NCBI RefSeq assembly: GCF_964204645.1
Contig: NC_134031.1
Coordinates: 20,839,910 to 20,903,909 of the forward strand
Length of the DNA: 64,000 nt
Source: Tubulanus polymorphus
Lineage: Eukaryota > Animalia > Nemertea
Reading direction: 5' to 3'
In this document: positions 1 to 13,000 of the stretch, piece after piece
How positions within the stretch are numbered: position 1 is the stretch's first letter
Layout of the letters: each line of letters begins with the position of its first letter
Translations under genes and position numbers: made by a program
The notes under the pieces: model-generated
What the model was told of the DNA's origin: nothing
Seen by the model: only the letters and a program-made list of their open reading frames with translations
Database searches by the model: none

Positions 1-2647
1 ACGATCAGCTGCATTCACGGAATCAAATTCATCACCATGTTTTGGATTATACTCGGCCACACGTTTTACTATTTCTTCATCTTCGCGCCGTCTGGTAGGT
101 ATAACTGTCTGTTTAACACATGAGTCCAGTACTCTCCGTTCGCAGAAATAAACTGAAACGTGTGGCTTTTTCAATCTTTTCAGAAAACGTCGGTGAATTT
201 CTCTCGATATTGAAAACTTGGTCATTCTTGATTGTCTACGCGGGCTCTTTATCGGTTGAGACATTTTTCTTTCTGAGGTTTGAATAGTTTTGTACCCGCT
301 CTTCTAGCAGTCCGGATTTCACTCACACATTGCAAACACGTGACACATTCCATTTTCAGTGGCTTACTTTTGACATACATATCAATGAAGAAGATGCTAG
401 ACAGTGGAGGACCTAAAAACATCAATTGGTTTATGTTTTATTTTCACAGGTTCTGGAGGTGAGATCCATATACCTTCGTAACAAAACCATTATCTAACGA
501 TATTGCATACGCCACTGCTAGTTGTGGTTATCATTCCTCAGGTTGACGCCATTATATACTGCCGTGTGGATGATATATGTCTCATTCAGTCACTTTTTCG
601 GTGATGGTCCGCTGTACCCCGATTACACGAGCCTCGAGGGTCCAGGGTGCTCATATTTCTCCTGGTTGTATCACCTTGCCTACATCAATAACTTTATCCC
701 AAGTGGCGTAAGTAACTGATACATGCAAATGTAAACTCTATTGTCAATGTTTAAGGTATTCAAGCATTGTAAAATTCATTTCAAGGAAAAAAAAACTTCG
801 AAATGTTTCTATTTTGTCTTACGTGAGAAATAACGTACTAAATGTATCTATCGTTGACTAAAAACTTTCTTGTCGTCCCTGTTGTTTCCAGTGTATGGGA
901 TGGACGTGGTTTCTGGCTGTTGACACGCAATTTCATGTGATATCACCAATATGCCTTTTAGCTTTCTTCTGGTAGGTCTACAGCATAATCACTGCTAAGA
1001 TGGAAGTTTTAATAAAACAAAAGTCAGTCATCAATTACTCGATTATTTTTCACCAGGTGCTATAAGGTTGGAATCGCTGTTGCGGTATCGTTTTGTTTAG
1101 CCAATATTGTATCTGTAGGACTATTATCTACGCAGTATTCAGTGTCATCAACGTCGTTCTCAGATTTTAGGTAAATAAATAATAGTCGCTTATCTTAACT
1201 AGATTCGAAACACGAAATGGATTCGTAGCTCTGAAGACACATGCAGAAATCGTTGCCTAACCTTATATATACAAGGCTTCGATCGTCATCCGTTTCCGTA
1301 GGTTCCTAATCTTCTCAGATTAAGGAACTTTTCAACATGGAATTTGGCTACTTCCAACCAGTGGCCGAATGGTTTAACCCGCCGATCACCGGTCTCGACC
1401 ATTTCAGAATTAATTGGTTCGAATCCTGTTGGCGACAGAACTTCTTGGTCTGGTCTCTCCCCAAAATAAACGTTGAACCTGTGGGGCTACTTCACTCTTC
1501 TTTTTCTCTTTTGTGACGTCGATAATTCCAAAAAATCAGGTTGATTTACAATTAACGAAAATGTACACAGCATGTAGAAATACCTAACTCAAACTCATCC
1601 GTTATTTCTGCCTTTATAGCTATGAGCGAATAAATTGATAACGATTTCCGCGTTTTATCTTGCAGTTATTTATTTCTGATATACATCAAACCGTGGAGTC
1701 ACCTTTCTCCGTTCATGCTCGGTATAATGATCGGTTACTTACTGTATAGGACAAGAGATAAAAACTGGAATATTCACTGGGTACGTCGCGGCCAAAAAGC
1801 AGGTCATTTTACACTTTCTGCGACGATATCAGGAAATCTGTAATGTCAACAAAACAGCCGCTTCCTTCAGTACCATGTAGGACGTTTAGGCGTACAATGT
1901 GGTCATATAGATACGTGACGAGAACGTCGGTAAAATTCATTTTTCAGGCTTTGGTTACAATCGGTTGGTTGATTGCCGCTGCCTTTATATTAACACCAGT
2001 TTTCACTTTGTTCATCCCTTCGACGCAGCTTGAAAACTCGACCTATTTGTCGCTGGCTGCGACAGCTTGGTGTTTAGGACTCTCGTGGATCGTCTTCGCG
2101 TGCCACGTTGGATATGGAGGTATTTCTTACCGATTTATATAAAACCCACGGATTCCTTGTGAACAGTTAAAGATATATTAAACTATATAAAGTATATATT
2201 ATATTCTGCGTTAGGTCCGGTGAATTGGCTGTTGTCTTTAAAGATATTCGCGCCATTAAGTCGTCTGACGTACAGCGCTTATCTAATCCACCCGATCGTC
2301 ATATTGGCCGTATACAAGTCGGTAAAATCTTCAATATATGGAAATCACATCACTTTAGTAAGTAGAACAATCAATTCATGAAAATGTTGGTATGGATTTT
2401 CATATAGAAGGTGTTATATTGGCCCCACTATATATACAAGTAAAAATGTACCTTACCTCTTTCAGATATTCTATATCATAACTTCTATTTTCAGGTTTGC
2501 TATTTCTTGGCGTTCCTCGTTTTGACGTATGCGATATCTCTTATTGCGACTATCTCGTTTGAATCTCCGATGATAGCACTTGAAAAGGTGTTATGCAAGG
2601 ATTGTCAGTGCTGTCCTTGTACGCGTAAAACGTCTTGTAAAAAGTAA
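1..2647 (+). CDS. NRF-6 / O-acyltransferase-like (acyltransferase-3 family) multi-pass membrane protein, 3' portion, about 11 exons, 5' end outside window
   Basis: Spliced reading gives ISCIHGIKFITMFWIILGH ... SVETFFFLSGLL ... FYFHRFWRLTP ... CMGWTWFLAVDTQFH ... YIKPWSHLSPF ... PLSRLTYSAYLIHP ... FESPMIALEK. These are typical NRF-6/OACYL motifs. GT-AG introns; stop TAA at 2645-2647. Confidence 0.9.
1355..1500 (+). mobile_element. tRNA-derived SINE head or tRNA pseudogene in an intron
   Basis: A-box-like GTGGCCGAATGG at 1361-1372 and B-box GGTTCGAATCC at 1416-1426. Partial acceptor stem (ccaac/gttgg) but no clean anticodon arm. Confidence 0.6.
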
Positions 2648-3862
2648 CTTGGATCGACGGTGAATACAAAATTCACTTTTTCATTCCAAACAAAATATAA
2701 AGCAACTGAGATTGTGGAAAGTATGAATGATCTTTTAGAATACGGACAGTTTATAATTAATTGTTTTAGAACCAACAGCGTGAATGAGTTGAACATTATA
2801 CCAATTACAGACACCGGGAGATAGCACCCCAAGTACGTATATCAAAACACTGAATTTAAAATTCATTGTAAGCGAACTCGTATGCTATTTTCTGAAACTG
2901 GTTGAGCTGCCATATCAGCCCTTTAGTGACAGTAGATACATTATGAACCATTTTCATACTCGTCTCGTTAGAATATTGACGAATTCTACCTGAATAAAAC
3001 GCGCTAAATGTTTATCAATTGAAGACTAAATTGAATCTAAATTGTCGGCCAAAGTTCGTTATAACGATCTTTAAACGTTTAGTTATATAAATTTCATTGA
3101 TTGGATTAAGTGGACATTTGAGTCAGTTTCTACCTAAGTACCTCCGTGAATTAATGAACCGCCGCGAGACGACTATTTAACAACACTAAAAGTCTCTGAT
3201 ATTATTGTATATATTTCATCTATATCCTATATTCCTTTAATGTTTAAATGTCTACGTGTAATTACTTTTTGTTTCGAGATAATGTGTGTGTCGTGATGTG
3301 TTAATTGTTGTTTGTCTCACTGTCATGTCACTACTCGTCACTTTTGTGTTTTTTATACAATTTTCCACGTCTCCATCTGTCTCCGCGTATCTCGTTTCTG
3401 TGTAAAATAAAGTCAGTCCAGTTTTGGTATTCCATACTTGAATCGTTACTCTATCGATCTGATCTTGATTTCCTACATCGACCATTCTTACGAATAGGAC
3501 CGAAAATAACTTTGTTACACAGCGATGAATAACTACACAACGTACACATTTTCACCAGTACTCTAACGCTACGCTGATGTAATATAATTTCTTGAGTTTC
3601 CTCAAATTCGATTTCGCTTCTGATTTTGTCCACCGCGTCCAGTTTTGTGGAGAGTGGCGAGAACAACATTAAATGTGCACGCATGTTATCAGTTAATGTA
3701 CTTATTTATTATCTAGAAAAATACAGATTACAATAGACATAAAATATACATCATATATATCATCAAAAATATCCTTCGGGTAGAAAAAATAAAAATTTAC
3801 ATATTTTGAATTGGCCGATATAAATTAGTCATGAATTTAATCAACGAGTCATTTTATCTGAT

Positions 3863-5094
3863 TTACGAAAACACCGAGTCAACAGTGCGCGCACTATAAG
3901 AGTGCGGCAGTCCGGTTGTATCTGTCGCTTCTGATGTACTGCGAGATGGCGGCGGCGTCGTCGGAACACTCCACTCGTTTTCTGACCGTCTACTGCTCAA
4001 TCGTTTCGACAAAAATTGTTTGGTTTTTAGGCGTACGTCCGTCACGAATTCCGGTCTCGTTTTCCGCATATTCAATATACCTATAAAACGGTAGTTAAAA
4101 AGTAGAAATTTTGGGAACCAAACTGTCTTACGAGAACTCATTCCTTCGCTGTCAAATTCAGTTCATTATGGACGAATTTTGAACTGAATTTTTAGGCTCC
4201 AGAATCCATACAATATCACAGGATCCTCCTCCAAATATACTTAACATTCCATTGATTGATATGGTTTTAATTGATATATAATTGAATACATATTATTCAT
4301 AAGTATATGAATATATATATTTCATTTATGGGAAAAGTTTCATTTCATTTTAACCGAAGATAAAACGCGGAAGACAGTTTGGCGGAACTCGCTTGCCATA
4401 TGTGGAATCATCGATTGCCACAGTAGCATGCGGAGCTGCCCGCATTAGAATAATCATATACGCCTTTATACATGTACTTACATTTTGTGAACAGCAGAAT
4501 CACGAACAAACTCCCGATTATTATGAGTATTATAAACGCAGCTTTTGTGAACGGGTCGTTACCGTCGAACATCGTCGCAAAACTGAGGCAGTTTTTATTC
4601 AAATTCGCGAGACGCAATGATTTCAGTTTAGTCTCCGTTTCATTTTTCAGCGGTAACTGACTCGTTCGCAACAGACACAAATCGTACACACGGTTTCCCG
4701 AATAAAGTCCGTCGACTTTGATAAACTCGGTGTAGTTCACCGGTGTGTTTATAAACGTTACGTCTGGCTGAGGGGTAAATCTAAGCCATACAGCGATCGT
4801 ATATTCGGATAGATTTAGCGGTTTATTCCATTTTAACGTAACTGTTGTCGGAGTAATGTTATAATCGGTTTCTAATAAATTCACGTCTTCGCAATTTTTC
4901 CCGCTGAAGAATTCCTCGCAGTCGCATCCACCCCGGCTACGAACGCACGAACCATGCCCGTTACAATCCGAGTCTATCGCGCAAACTGATCCGTTTGAGT
5001 TAGTTTCTGGTGTTGACAATTCTAATTGATCCATAAGCGAAACCAAACTAGAAATATTTATCAAAATCATCGCCCATCGCATTTCAGCCAACAT
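3863..5094 (-). CDS. Small type I membrane protein: signal-like N-terminus, one EGF-like domain, FN3-like segment, TM helix, Ser/Thr/Pro-rich tail. Exons about 5094-4482 and 4080-3863.
   Basis: CAIDSDCNGHGSCVRSRGGCDCEEFFSGKNC is EGF-like. NITPTTVTLKW ... GLYSGNRVYDLCL is FN3-like. AAFIILIIIGSLFVILLFT is a TM helix. The phase-1 GTAAGT donor at 4481 joins an AG acceptor at 4081 in frame. Confidence 0.7.
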
Positions 5095-6199
5095 CTTTAA
5101 GCTTTTCGATAATCTTATTTTGACCGATATGCTGTCATTGAATTCCCCTCGGAGTGCTCTTGGTTCTAGCTAAATCCCGTATATCTAAAACGAAATCAGA
5201 TCATAGAATTGTAATTCGAATATTGGCCTAACAATAATAAATATCTTTATTTTTTGGTAGGCTATATACATGTATACATGATTCATACAAGCTGGCACAA
5301 TAGAATGTACACGTACCGGTACCGTATAATGTATATTGAACTGTAAAGTTTATGATTCATTATAGAAATAAAATTTTATATTTACTTGCTTGTTATGATT
5401 TCCATACGCACCGTATAGTCCATAGCCTTCCAGAAGTGCAGAGACAACAGCATTGGTGTTTGACCTGTCTAGTGACCGACGGTTAAACGAACATATTGGA
5501 TTTTCCGATAGACTTAGTGCTGTCTATATTGTGTGTGTCAGTCGGTGCTGTTTCAGTATTGCTTGATTCATGCAGGCTACAAATTAGTAACGTGCCAGCA
5601 CTGACATTGTCGCAAGCCATTCGTGTGGAAAATACCGAGTAAATCTCTGTAAAAGTCGTTTATTTTCACTCGACTTTATTTTCCCGTTCATTGTGGGGAT
5701 CGTATGCAACTCGAAGTAAAGCTAATCGGAAAACATTAACTCATTCTTGTGGAAGCGAATTAGGTATCAATTTTGAATTTTTGATTTATCCCTCATAATT
5801 CAAGGGCAACTTGATTTTTTATGAAGGCTATCAAGCATTATCGTTGTTGACTTACTCACCCCTGCTCGAGACGGAAATAACTTTATTCTATTTGAAACAT
5901 TAACAAAAAGAGACGAGATACTTTTTTTCATTCCCGGAGCCTGAGTAGATCTCGGTACCGTACTGTGAGATTCTCACTAGGGGTAGTGAGTTAGAACTCT
6001 TTCGACGATAGTGAAGCATCGCGACAGAATCAGATTTAAACCATTGATCTTGAAAATTGCAAAAGATATGTGAATCGTGTTGTTTATAAAGCATATTAAT
6101 TGACAGTAAATGCCCGAAACCAATAGAATTAAATTCGTGGTATATTTTTGTGGTTTTCATCTTTTTCCGTAAAAATCGCGTCGTGAAAACCCGCATCGT

Positions 6200-6290
6200 A
6201 GTTTGCATTTCCCGGCGGCGCGAAACTATGGTATTGTTATGTGCCGTTAGGTGGCGGTCCGTGCTGTAAAGTCGCCATCTTAGAAACGAA
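6200..6290. promoter_or_regulatory. CpG-rich divergent promoter with E2F and YY1 motifs
   Basis: TTTCCCGGC at 6208-6216 abuts GGCGCGAAA at 6217-6225 (TTTCGCGCC on the minus strand). CGCCATCTT near 6273-6281. Lies between divergently transcribed genes, and a first 5'UTR donor GAG/GTAATT follows at about 6400. Confidence 0.5.
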
Positions 6291-7076
6291 GACCACGGCG
6301 CAGCTCTAGGTGCGGCGTGCCGGATTAATTGCTGTATGGATAAAAAATTAGGAAGAAAGAGGAAGATACATTTGAGACGGTACTTACTAGTGACTGTGAG
6401 GTAATTTGTGATTTAATTGTTATTGTATTTTTAAGCTAACGGGCCTTGAAGCAATGATAATAATCATCATGCTGCAACCACCAGTGAAAACAGTACTGTC
6501 CAGTGTCCGTCTCCTCCACGTTGTCAAGGCCAGAGCCGAGTGAGAGCCCATGCCTGCACACTGAGGAAAATTATTACTTTCAGTTACTAGGAAGTTTGGT
6601 GCAGGTCCTGGACTGTGGTTATGACAGTCATTAAACTGGACTTTTCAAAATGGTGATTGTCACCAGATGATTTGGATTTAATTTTGATTTTAGTGGGTCA
6701 GTGACAGTGTCAGTGGCAGTTGACTGCTGATTTCTCAGTTGAGTCAGTGAACAGACTTTTATTTAAGAACAACTGTGGTCTGATTACTTTACTGGACTTC
6801 AATTGAGTCAGTTACACCGGACTTTCTGTCGATTAGTCAGGAATTGGGCTAGTCTACGGTTTGATCGGTTACAGTCATTCAGGTCAGTAACTGGACTGTC
6901 CGCTGATTAGTCAGGACCCGGACTATGCAGCTTATCTAAGTTGTATAGGGCATATTAGGGGTAAAAAAAGCACGAATGAGGCGAGCAAATTGGAAATTGC
7001 CTGTAAGCGAACATAAACTAGAAGCTCGTGATGAATCCCCATTTTATAAATCCGTATTAATTTTTCCAGGCCAAAA

Positions 7077-10000
7077 ATGAAGGGGATGATATTCAACAAG
7101 CTGCAAAAAAAGAATAACGCACCTCGACGTAGACAAGAACTCGGAGCTTTCAACCGGGAGATGACTGAAACAGTGCGTTCTCCGCAGTTAGAACCGTCTG
7201 ATAATTATAATCAGGTGACATTGGCAAATAATCGTTTCGCTGATATATTCACTACTCTGAATCAGGAGCAGCAGATCGGTGATGAGACATCGTCGTTGAT
7301 ACTGCAGCAGCAGCCGCCGCAGCAGAATTCGTACATCGTCCCTAATGTCGCTCAGCCGCAACCGGCGACAGTAAAACCATCATCCTCTAGTGATAATGAT
7401 AAAGCAGAACTCGAGAGATTGAAAGCACAATTTACGAAACTGTGGCACGAGTATCAAGATGCTTTGAAACGTAATGTTTACATGTTGACTCAACAGAATC
7501 GTTTGTGTGAGTAGTGGGTCTATTGTCTATATTTTATTAACTGTAACTTGTCTTTTGGGAAGATCCCGGTCAATTCGCAAGTTTGCGCAGGGAGTAAAAC
7601 AATGATAGTTAATGGTAACCATAGTTGCTATTTAAAAGCACTTTACAAATCTCCAGCCCCAACATCACCAAGTTCTGATTCTCAACTCGGTGAAATATTT
7701 ACTGAGTTTGAGTTTATTGTAAATTTGGCGCCCACGAGTACATGAATTCAGTTAGCTCCGCTGTGCTCGTCATTTGGCGCCCACGAGTACATGAATTCAG
7801 TTAGCTCCGCTGTGCTCGTCATACAATTTTCTTCCAATCTCTCTACTGCCATCTCGACCAAATCCAACAGAGGTATCTCAGCTGATATAGACTTTTTGTT
7901 ATCGGGTTATAGGTATGGACATGGCCACATTAAATGCTCAACAAGAGATGAATCCCTCAGTGACGAACATGCTGTCGATCGAAGAAATACAAATTAAAAT
8001 GCGAACCAACAACGAAGAGATACAAAAACTGAAGCCCGTAATCGATGAGCTAAAAGCCGAAGTTAGTATCAGCCACAAAATGATTCAGAAGCTCGAGTTG
8101 AAATTGGAAATGGCTGGTAAGCCAATACCGGCGTTGTTATCGATGACGTTGCCTGAACAGCCGGCTTTGATGAAAAAGAAGAGAAAATCGGAAGATAAGG
8201 TAAAATTTCAGGTCTACGCAGAATTTATCGGAGGCAATTATTTGAACTTTATTTCAGGTTGATATTGCATAATGCGTTTCCTCGGGTTTTCATCTTGTTG
8301 AGAGTTCCAGTGGTGGCAGTTCTGTCCTGTGCTAGCACCAGTCATTGCAGCGCCTTTCTGCGATCTAGTATCAGTTGTGGCACTAGTATCAGTGGCATCA
8401 AAACTACCCCATGATTGAACAAGTTGCTGTTGTGTTGCATCGACGTAATTGTGATAAAAGAAACTTATTCAAATCGAAAATATCATTGTTGCAAAGTTTC
8501 GAATGTTGCTATCCCTGCACAGGTTCCTTCGCTCGAAATCTCAGGCGAGTTTTGATATAGTCCTGGTCAGCCATAGCAAGCACGTCAAACTCACTTCACT
8601 GAAATTCCCACTACTTTCGTCAGGATTGTGAAAACTTAAGAATTTTGATATGATCTTTCCTGGTTTGGAAAAATTCAGGTATCTAAATGTGGACATTTTC
8701 GTAACATTCATTTTATGCTTCACATACCTTTCGCCTAGCGCAAATTTCTAAAAAAAGAATTATCTGAACAATGTTGTTAAGGCCACAGCAGACAGAAGCA
8801 GAACTATTATTCGGATGTCTGTATATATGACCAACTTGATGTTCCACTGTCTGCATTGGGTTTTAAGAGCACGTTTAACAGAGCTGCCGGATAAAGTGAG
8901 TTTGACTAGATATATATCGCCCCATGCGTCTATCTTCAATGCTGTTACAGTTAACAATCTTTGAGAGCTGAAATAACACTCTATATTCAGTTGCTGTGGA
9001 AACCGCCTGTTTTTCTCGTGATGAGGTGTTGATTGGATGCTGAATAGTTTGCGGAGTAACCCGCCAAGAGGGGCACGACTTGACTCAATCCATTATATCC
9101 ATAGTCAATGATCGGCAAACTGAAATGGTGATATTGGAGAATCATTAAATTTCTAAAGCTCATGCAGGTCTTGATAGTCAACAGAATAACAATGCATTCT
9201 ACCATCCTTGTTATCGGGTGCCTTAGTTGTTTTTTTATTTGCGAAAAACATTTTTATATCTATTTTCATTTGTTCGTGCATTTTGAAAGATCTCTCAATC
9301 GCACCTGGTAATATTGTTCATGCGGGGTTGATCCATAAAAATATAAAAGGCGTTCATTAGAGGTTTAAGTGAGCCAGCAAAATGAATGGGTGTTGAAGGT
9401 GGAAACATCCTTCCTTTATTAGTGACAAGCAATACATTTTCCAGACTTCAGAATGGAAATGATAGCATATAAATTGCTTGATGATTTAAGGGGCTCCTTA
9501 AATGAAAGGACATTTTTTGGTCACTTAACATCCTCCTCCTCCTCCGTGCATTGAAACATAACATGTCAATCATAATAATCACCATGAACTTGTTTGACCG
9601 AACTTCCAAGTGATTTGAATTGTTCGATGATCATCTTGATCTTGGCACAAGCACTACTTCAATGATGGAAATATGTCCACTTTCATGTTTAAATCATACA
9701 AGTTTGATCGATAGATTGAAGGGCTGCTGAATTAGTACAACATGGAGAATATACGCATCGTAGACACGGTAGTGCACGACACGGAGCTTGATCGACATGT
9801 GGAATTGTCCTAGAAATCTCCAGTATCGCGCTTTGTTAGAATTGTCACATCTGGAAAATGCACAACATGAGAATTAACTTCTCTGGACAATTTTTGGAAT
9901 GAAATAGAAAAATCCATCACTGGATTTTGTTATGATAGAATTCGGAAATTGATCATCATTATGGAAAATGATAATGATCTGTTATTTTCCATGTTGGTCA

Positions 10001-13000
10001 ATTTGCTACGATGTGCAGTTTCTGCATTACTTCCTGGAATGTGGAAACAGGAAAATAATTGAATCCCTTTTCGCTTGGTATTAAGATTTCTATAGAAACA
10101 CATTGATAGTATATGCCATCATACGCAATCAAAACACAGTGTCCAGAATACTTCCAGTCCGTCTATTGCGGGTCGTCACACCCCTACCAGATCGCCACTC
10201 TAGTTATGATAAGTCGTTTAATTAAACTAGCCTCAAGGCGTGCAATAGTCGATGATAGCATTTTGATAGCCACAGTCTTGTAGTGGAAACAACTACCTTT
10301 AAGTATTAGACTTTGAAACTACCATTTTCAGAACATTTATTCCAAAATACCGGTACAGTTGCGTTGAAAAGTGTCCGCAATGCCCTTTTCCGTTCTAAAA
10401 ACTATTGTAGTATTAAATTATTTGCACCTATTTATAAAATCTTATTGTTTTTCTGAGATAAGCTAATATTTACTAAGTCTCTTTCAAGTTGGTTTAACTC
10501 GTCCGTCCAAATCAATGATTGACACAACGTGCACCATTAATCTACAAGCAAATTCCCAGCCGTTTCGCAATATTGTGCCCCCTCTACGTTCAATTCCTCA
10601 ATGGTTAGGAGTTTTTGATAAATTGAGTGCTGAATATTCTCTCGCTAACTAGTGCAGTCGCATCATTCTTCTCACCAGGGTGAGATGAGAGACATGTTTA
10701 GTAACTCACCCGCATACGTTTATTCAACGTTTTATATGCTCGGCATCTTTCATTAGAATGTAGGTCCTAAACATAAGAAGCGGCACTCGGATCGAAGTTC
10801 TCGACCATCGGCGGCACAGGGTACGAGTAGAGAACACACTCGGTTTTCATCCAACTCTAACAACAGAAACAGTAACAATAAAGGTAATATTGATTGAAAT
10901 GATTTACTGTCTATATTTCAGGACTGATCGACTCATGTTGACTGATCGGCTCATATTAGTTCGGAGGATTATTTTGTGGTCTCGACCTGGGATCTGATCG
11001 TCATGAAACAAAAAATGCGTACCATCTTTTTGCATATTTCGTTTGCATTCACTGAAACTTTCATGCATTGACCACTTTTACATTTGTGTTTTTGATTGTC
11101 ACAATAGCCATGACAATCAGTTGTCAAACAATCTCGATGTTTTTCTACCCTACCTCGCAGTGGATCCATGTTGGATAAGAGTTGCAGGAGACTGGTTGCA
11201 GACTTGCAAAAAAGGCAATCTCTGAGGCCACTGCATGCATGATGTCAATAACGTATACATGTATTGGCTTACAATATAAATAGTAGACTATATTAGAAAT
11301 ATAATTCATGCACTAGAATTTTCAGGGGTAACCATTGCAAGCTGGAAAAGTTGAACTTTTAAGCAGGAATTTTTAGCTTCAAGACCCGTGTTACAGCATT
11401 ACTCTGGATGACCGCAGGATTTTTCTCTTTGCTTGCATCATGGAAGATTTTTATAGCCTTTCAAAGTTCATTTTCATCTGAGGATTATTTTCAGAAATTA
11501 TCTAATATCGAGACATATCAGTCTCCACTGTCCTAGAGCATTTCCTTCTGTTAATTAGTAATTGCGTTGATAGAGCCAAATCATGTTGTCTTGGAAGTGG
11601 TTAGAGAATCAATCCGGTTCGTTACGTAGTGGCACAAACCATTCCCGGGCTCGTTTCTCGTGCCTAACAGTAAGTGCATGCACTTTAAAGTCTAATGAAC
11701 CGAGAAGGATTTTCAGTGTCGATATACCTAGTTAATCCGAATGAATATGTAACACTCTTTGTCCTGTCAGCCCTGGTATTTTTGTGAATATTACATTCAT
11801 GCACTAGCGATATACCATATTCTACTGTTGAGCAATTTAGATTTATTTTTTTCTGGCGTTGCTATGATGTCCTGAGCATTGTTTTCTCATTGAGGCTGTT
11901 AATCTTACCAGTTATTTCGTGAATTTCCAAGTTGTTTTGGTGGATTTCAGGGTTTTGTTTATTTCCAAGATTCCATTGCAAGGGTTTGCAAGTTGAGAAT
12001 TGCCATTGATGTTCAGCATTTTCAATTTTATTATTCAGGAGTGATATGTTTTACCCTGAAGCAACTAAAGAGTGTATGGTATTAATACGAGTCAGTACAC
12101 TTGACTTCTTTGTAGGCCTATGTTAGCGGTGGAATGGCACTACAAAGGTGCTGGCAGGCTTGTGAGCGGTATTGTTACTTGGATACTATTATGAGCATTA
12201 CTCGGATTTTCAGTACCATGCACCAGTGAACCATTCAGTACCAGTGAATTCAATGATTGACCTTCTGCGCATTCATTGCTGCCAAACACAAATTGTAACA
12301 TCCCCATACGCATACAACCACTGCTGCTGATCATTGGTACTATCAACTCCAGTTTTAGTCCATTCAAACCTTTGACACTATATTTCATTGTCATTGTCTA
12401 TACGATGATTGTGTTGCTCCAGCTCTGCATCCACATCAGTCCGCTCCCGCGGCTAGTTGTTGCCTCGTTTTTTCTTTTAAGTGACGTGTGCAGGCGCTCT
12501 TTCTGTAGCGCAAGGCATCGAGTACTGATACCTAAGGCACATGCAAATACATATTCACCACTCCGTCGTCCATTTTAAATTCCGTGGTGTTGAATATCGG
12601 CGAATATATGAAATTGAATCAAATAAACCAGTCCCCTATATAATTTATAATTGACACCATCCCAGCATATCTCACGATCACATCCCTGCTCATATTATAG
12701 TATCTTAAAAACTAGCCCTATTATTGATCACTGATGGCCATACGCAATCACTATTGGCATCCATAAACCTACCTTCGAGCAATCACCTCCAGTTATACAT
12801 GTACTGTGAAATGAATCCACCGAATGATGTATCAGTGTATTGATAATGGTGTTTCATTTATCTATATGAAATAGAAAAGGAAAATCAACATATGACGATA
12901 TGATAAAACATCTAAAAAATTTATTTCGTTAAATGATTTCGTCAAACAAAATTCATCTTAAAACTTGAGAAGTTTTGTCAATTTATCTTAGCACTTCAAG

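Noticed and set aside
1355-1435. Functional tRNA gene (also candidates at 40630, 54492 and 30480-30690)
   Set aside because: A/B boxes are present but cloverleaf stems do not close and no oligo-T terminator follows directly. Treated as SINE heads; tRNAscan-SE would settle it.
7723-7820. TGGCGCCCA resembling a tRNA-Lys primer-binding site of an LTR element
   Set aside because: Match is only about 9 nt, and I saw no LTR pair, polypurine tract or gag/pol remnants.
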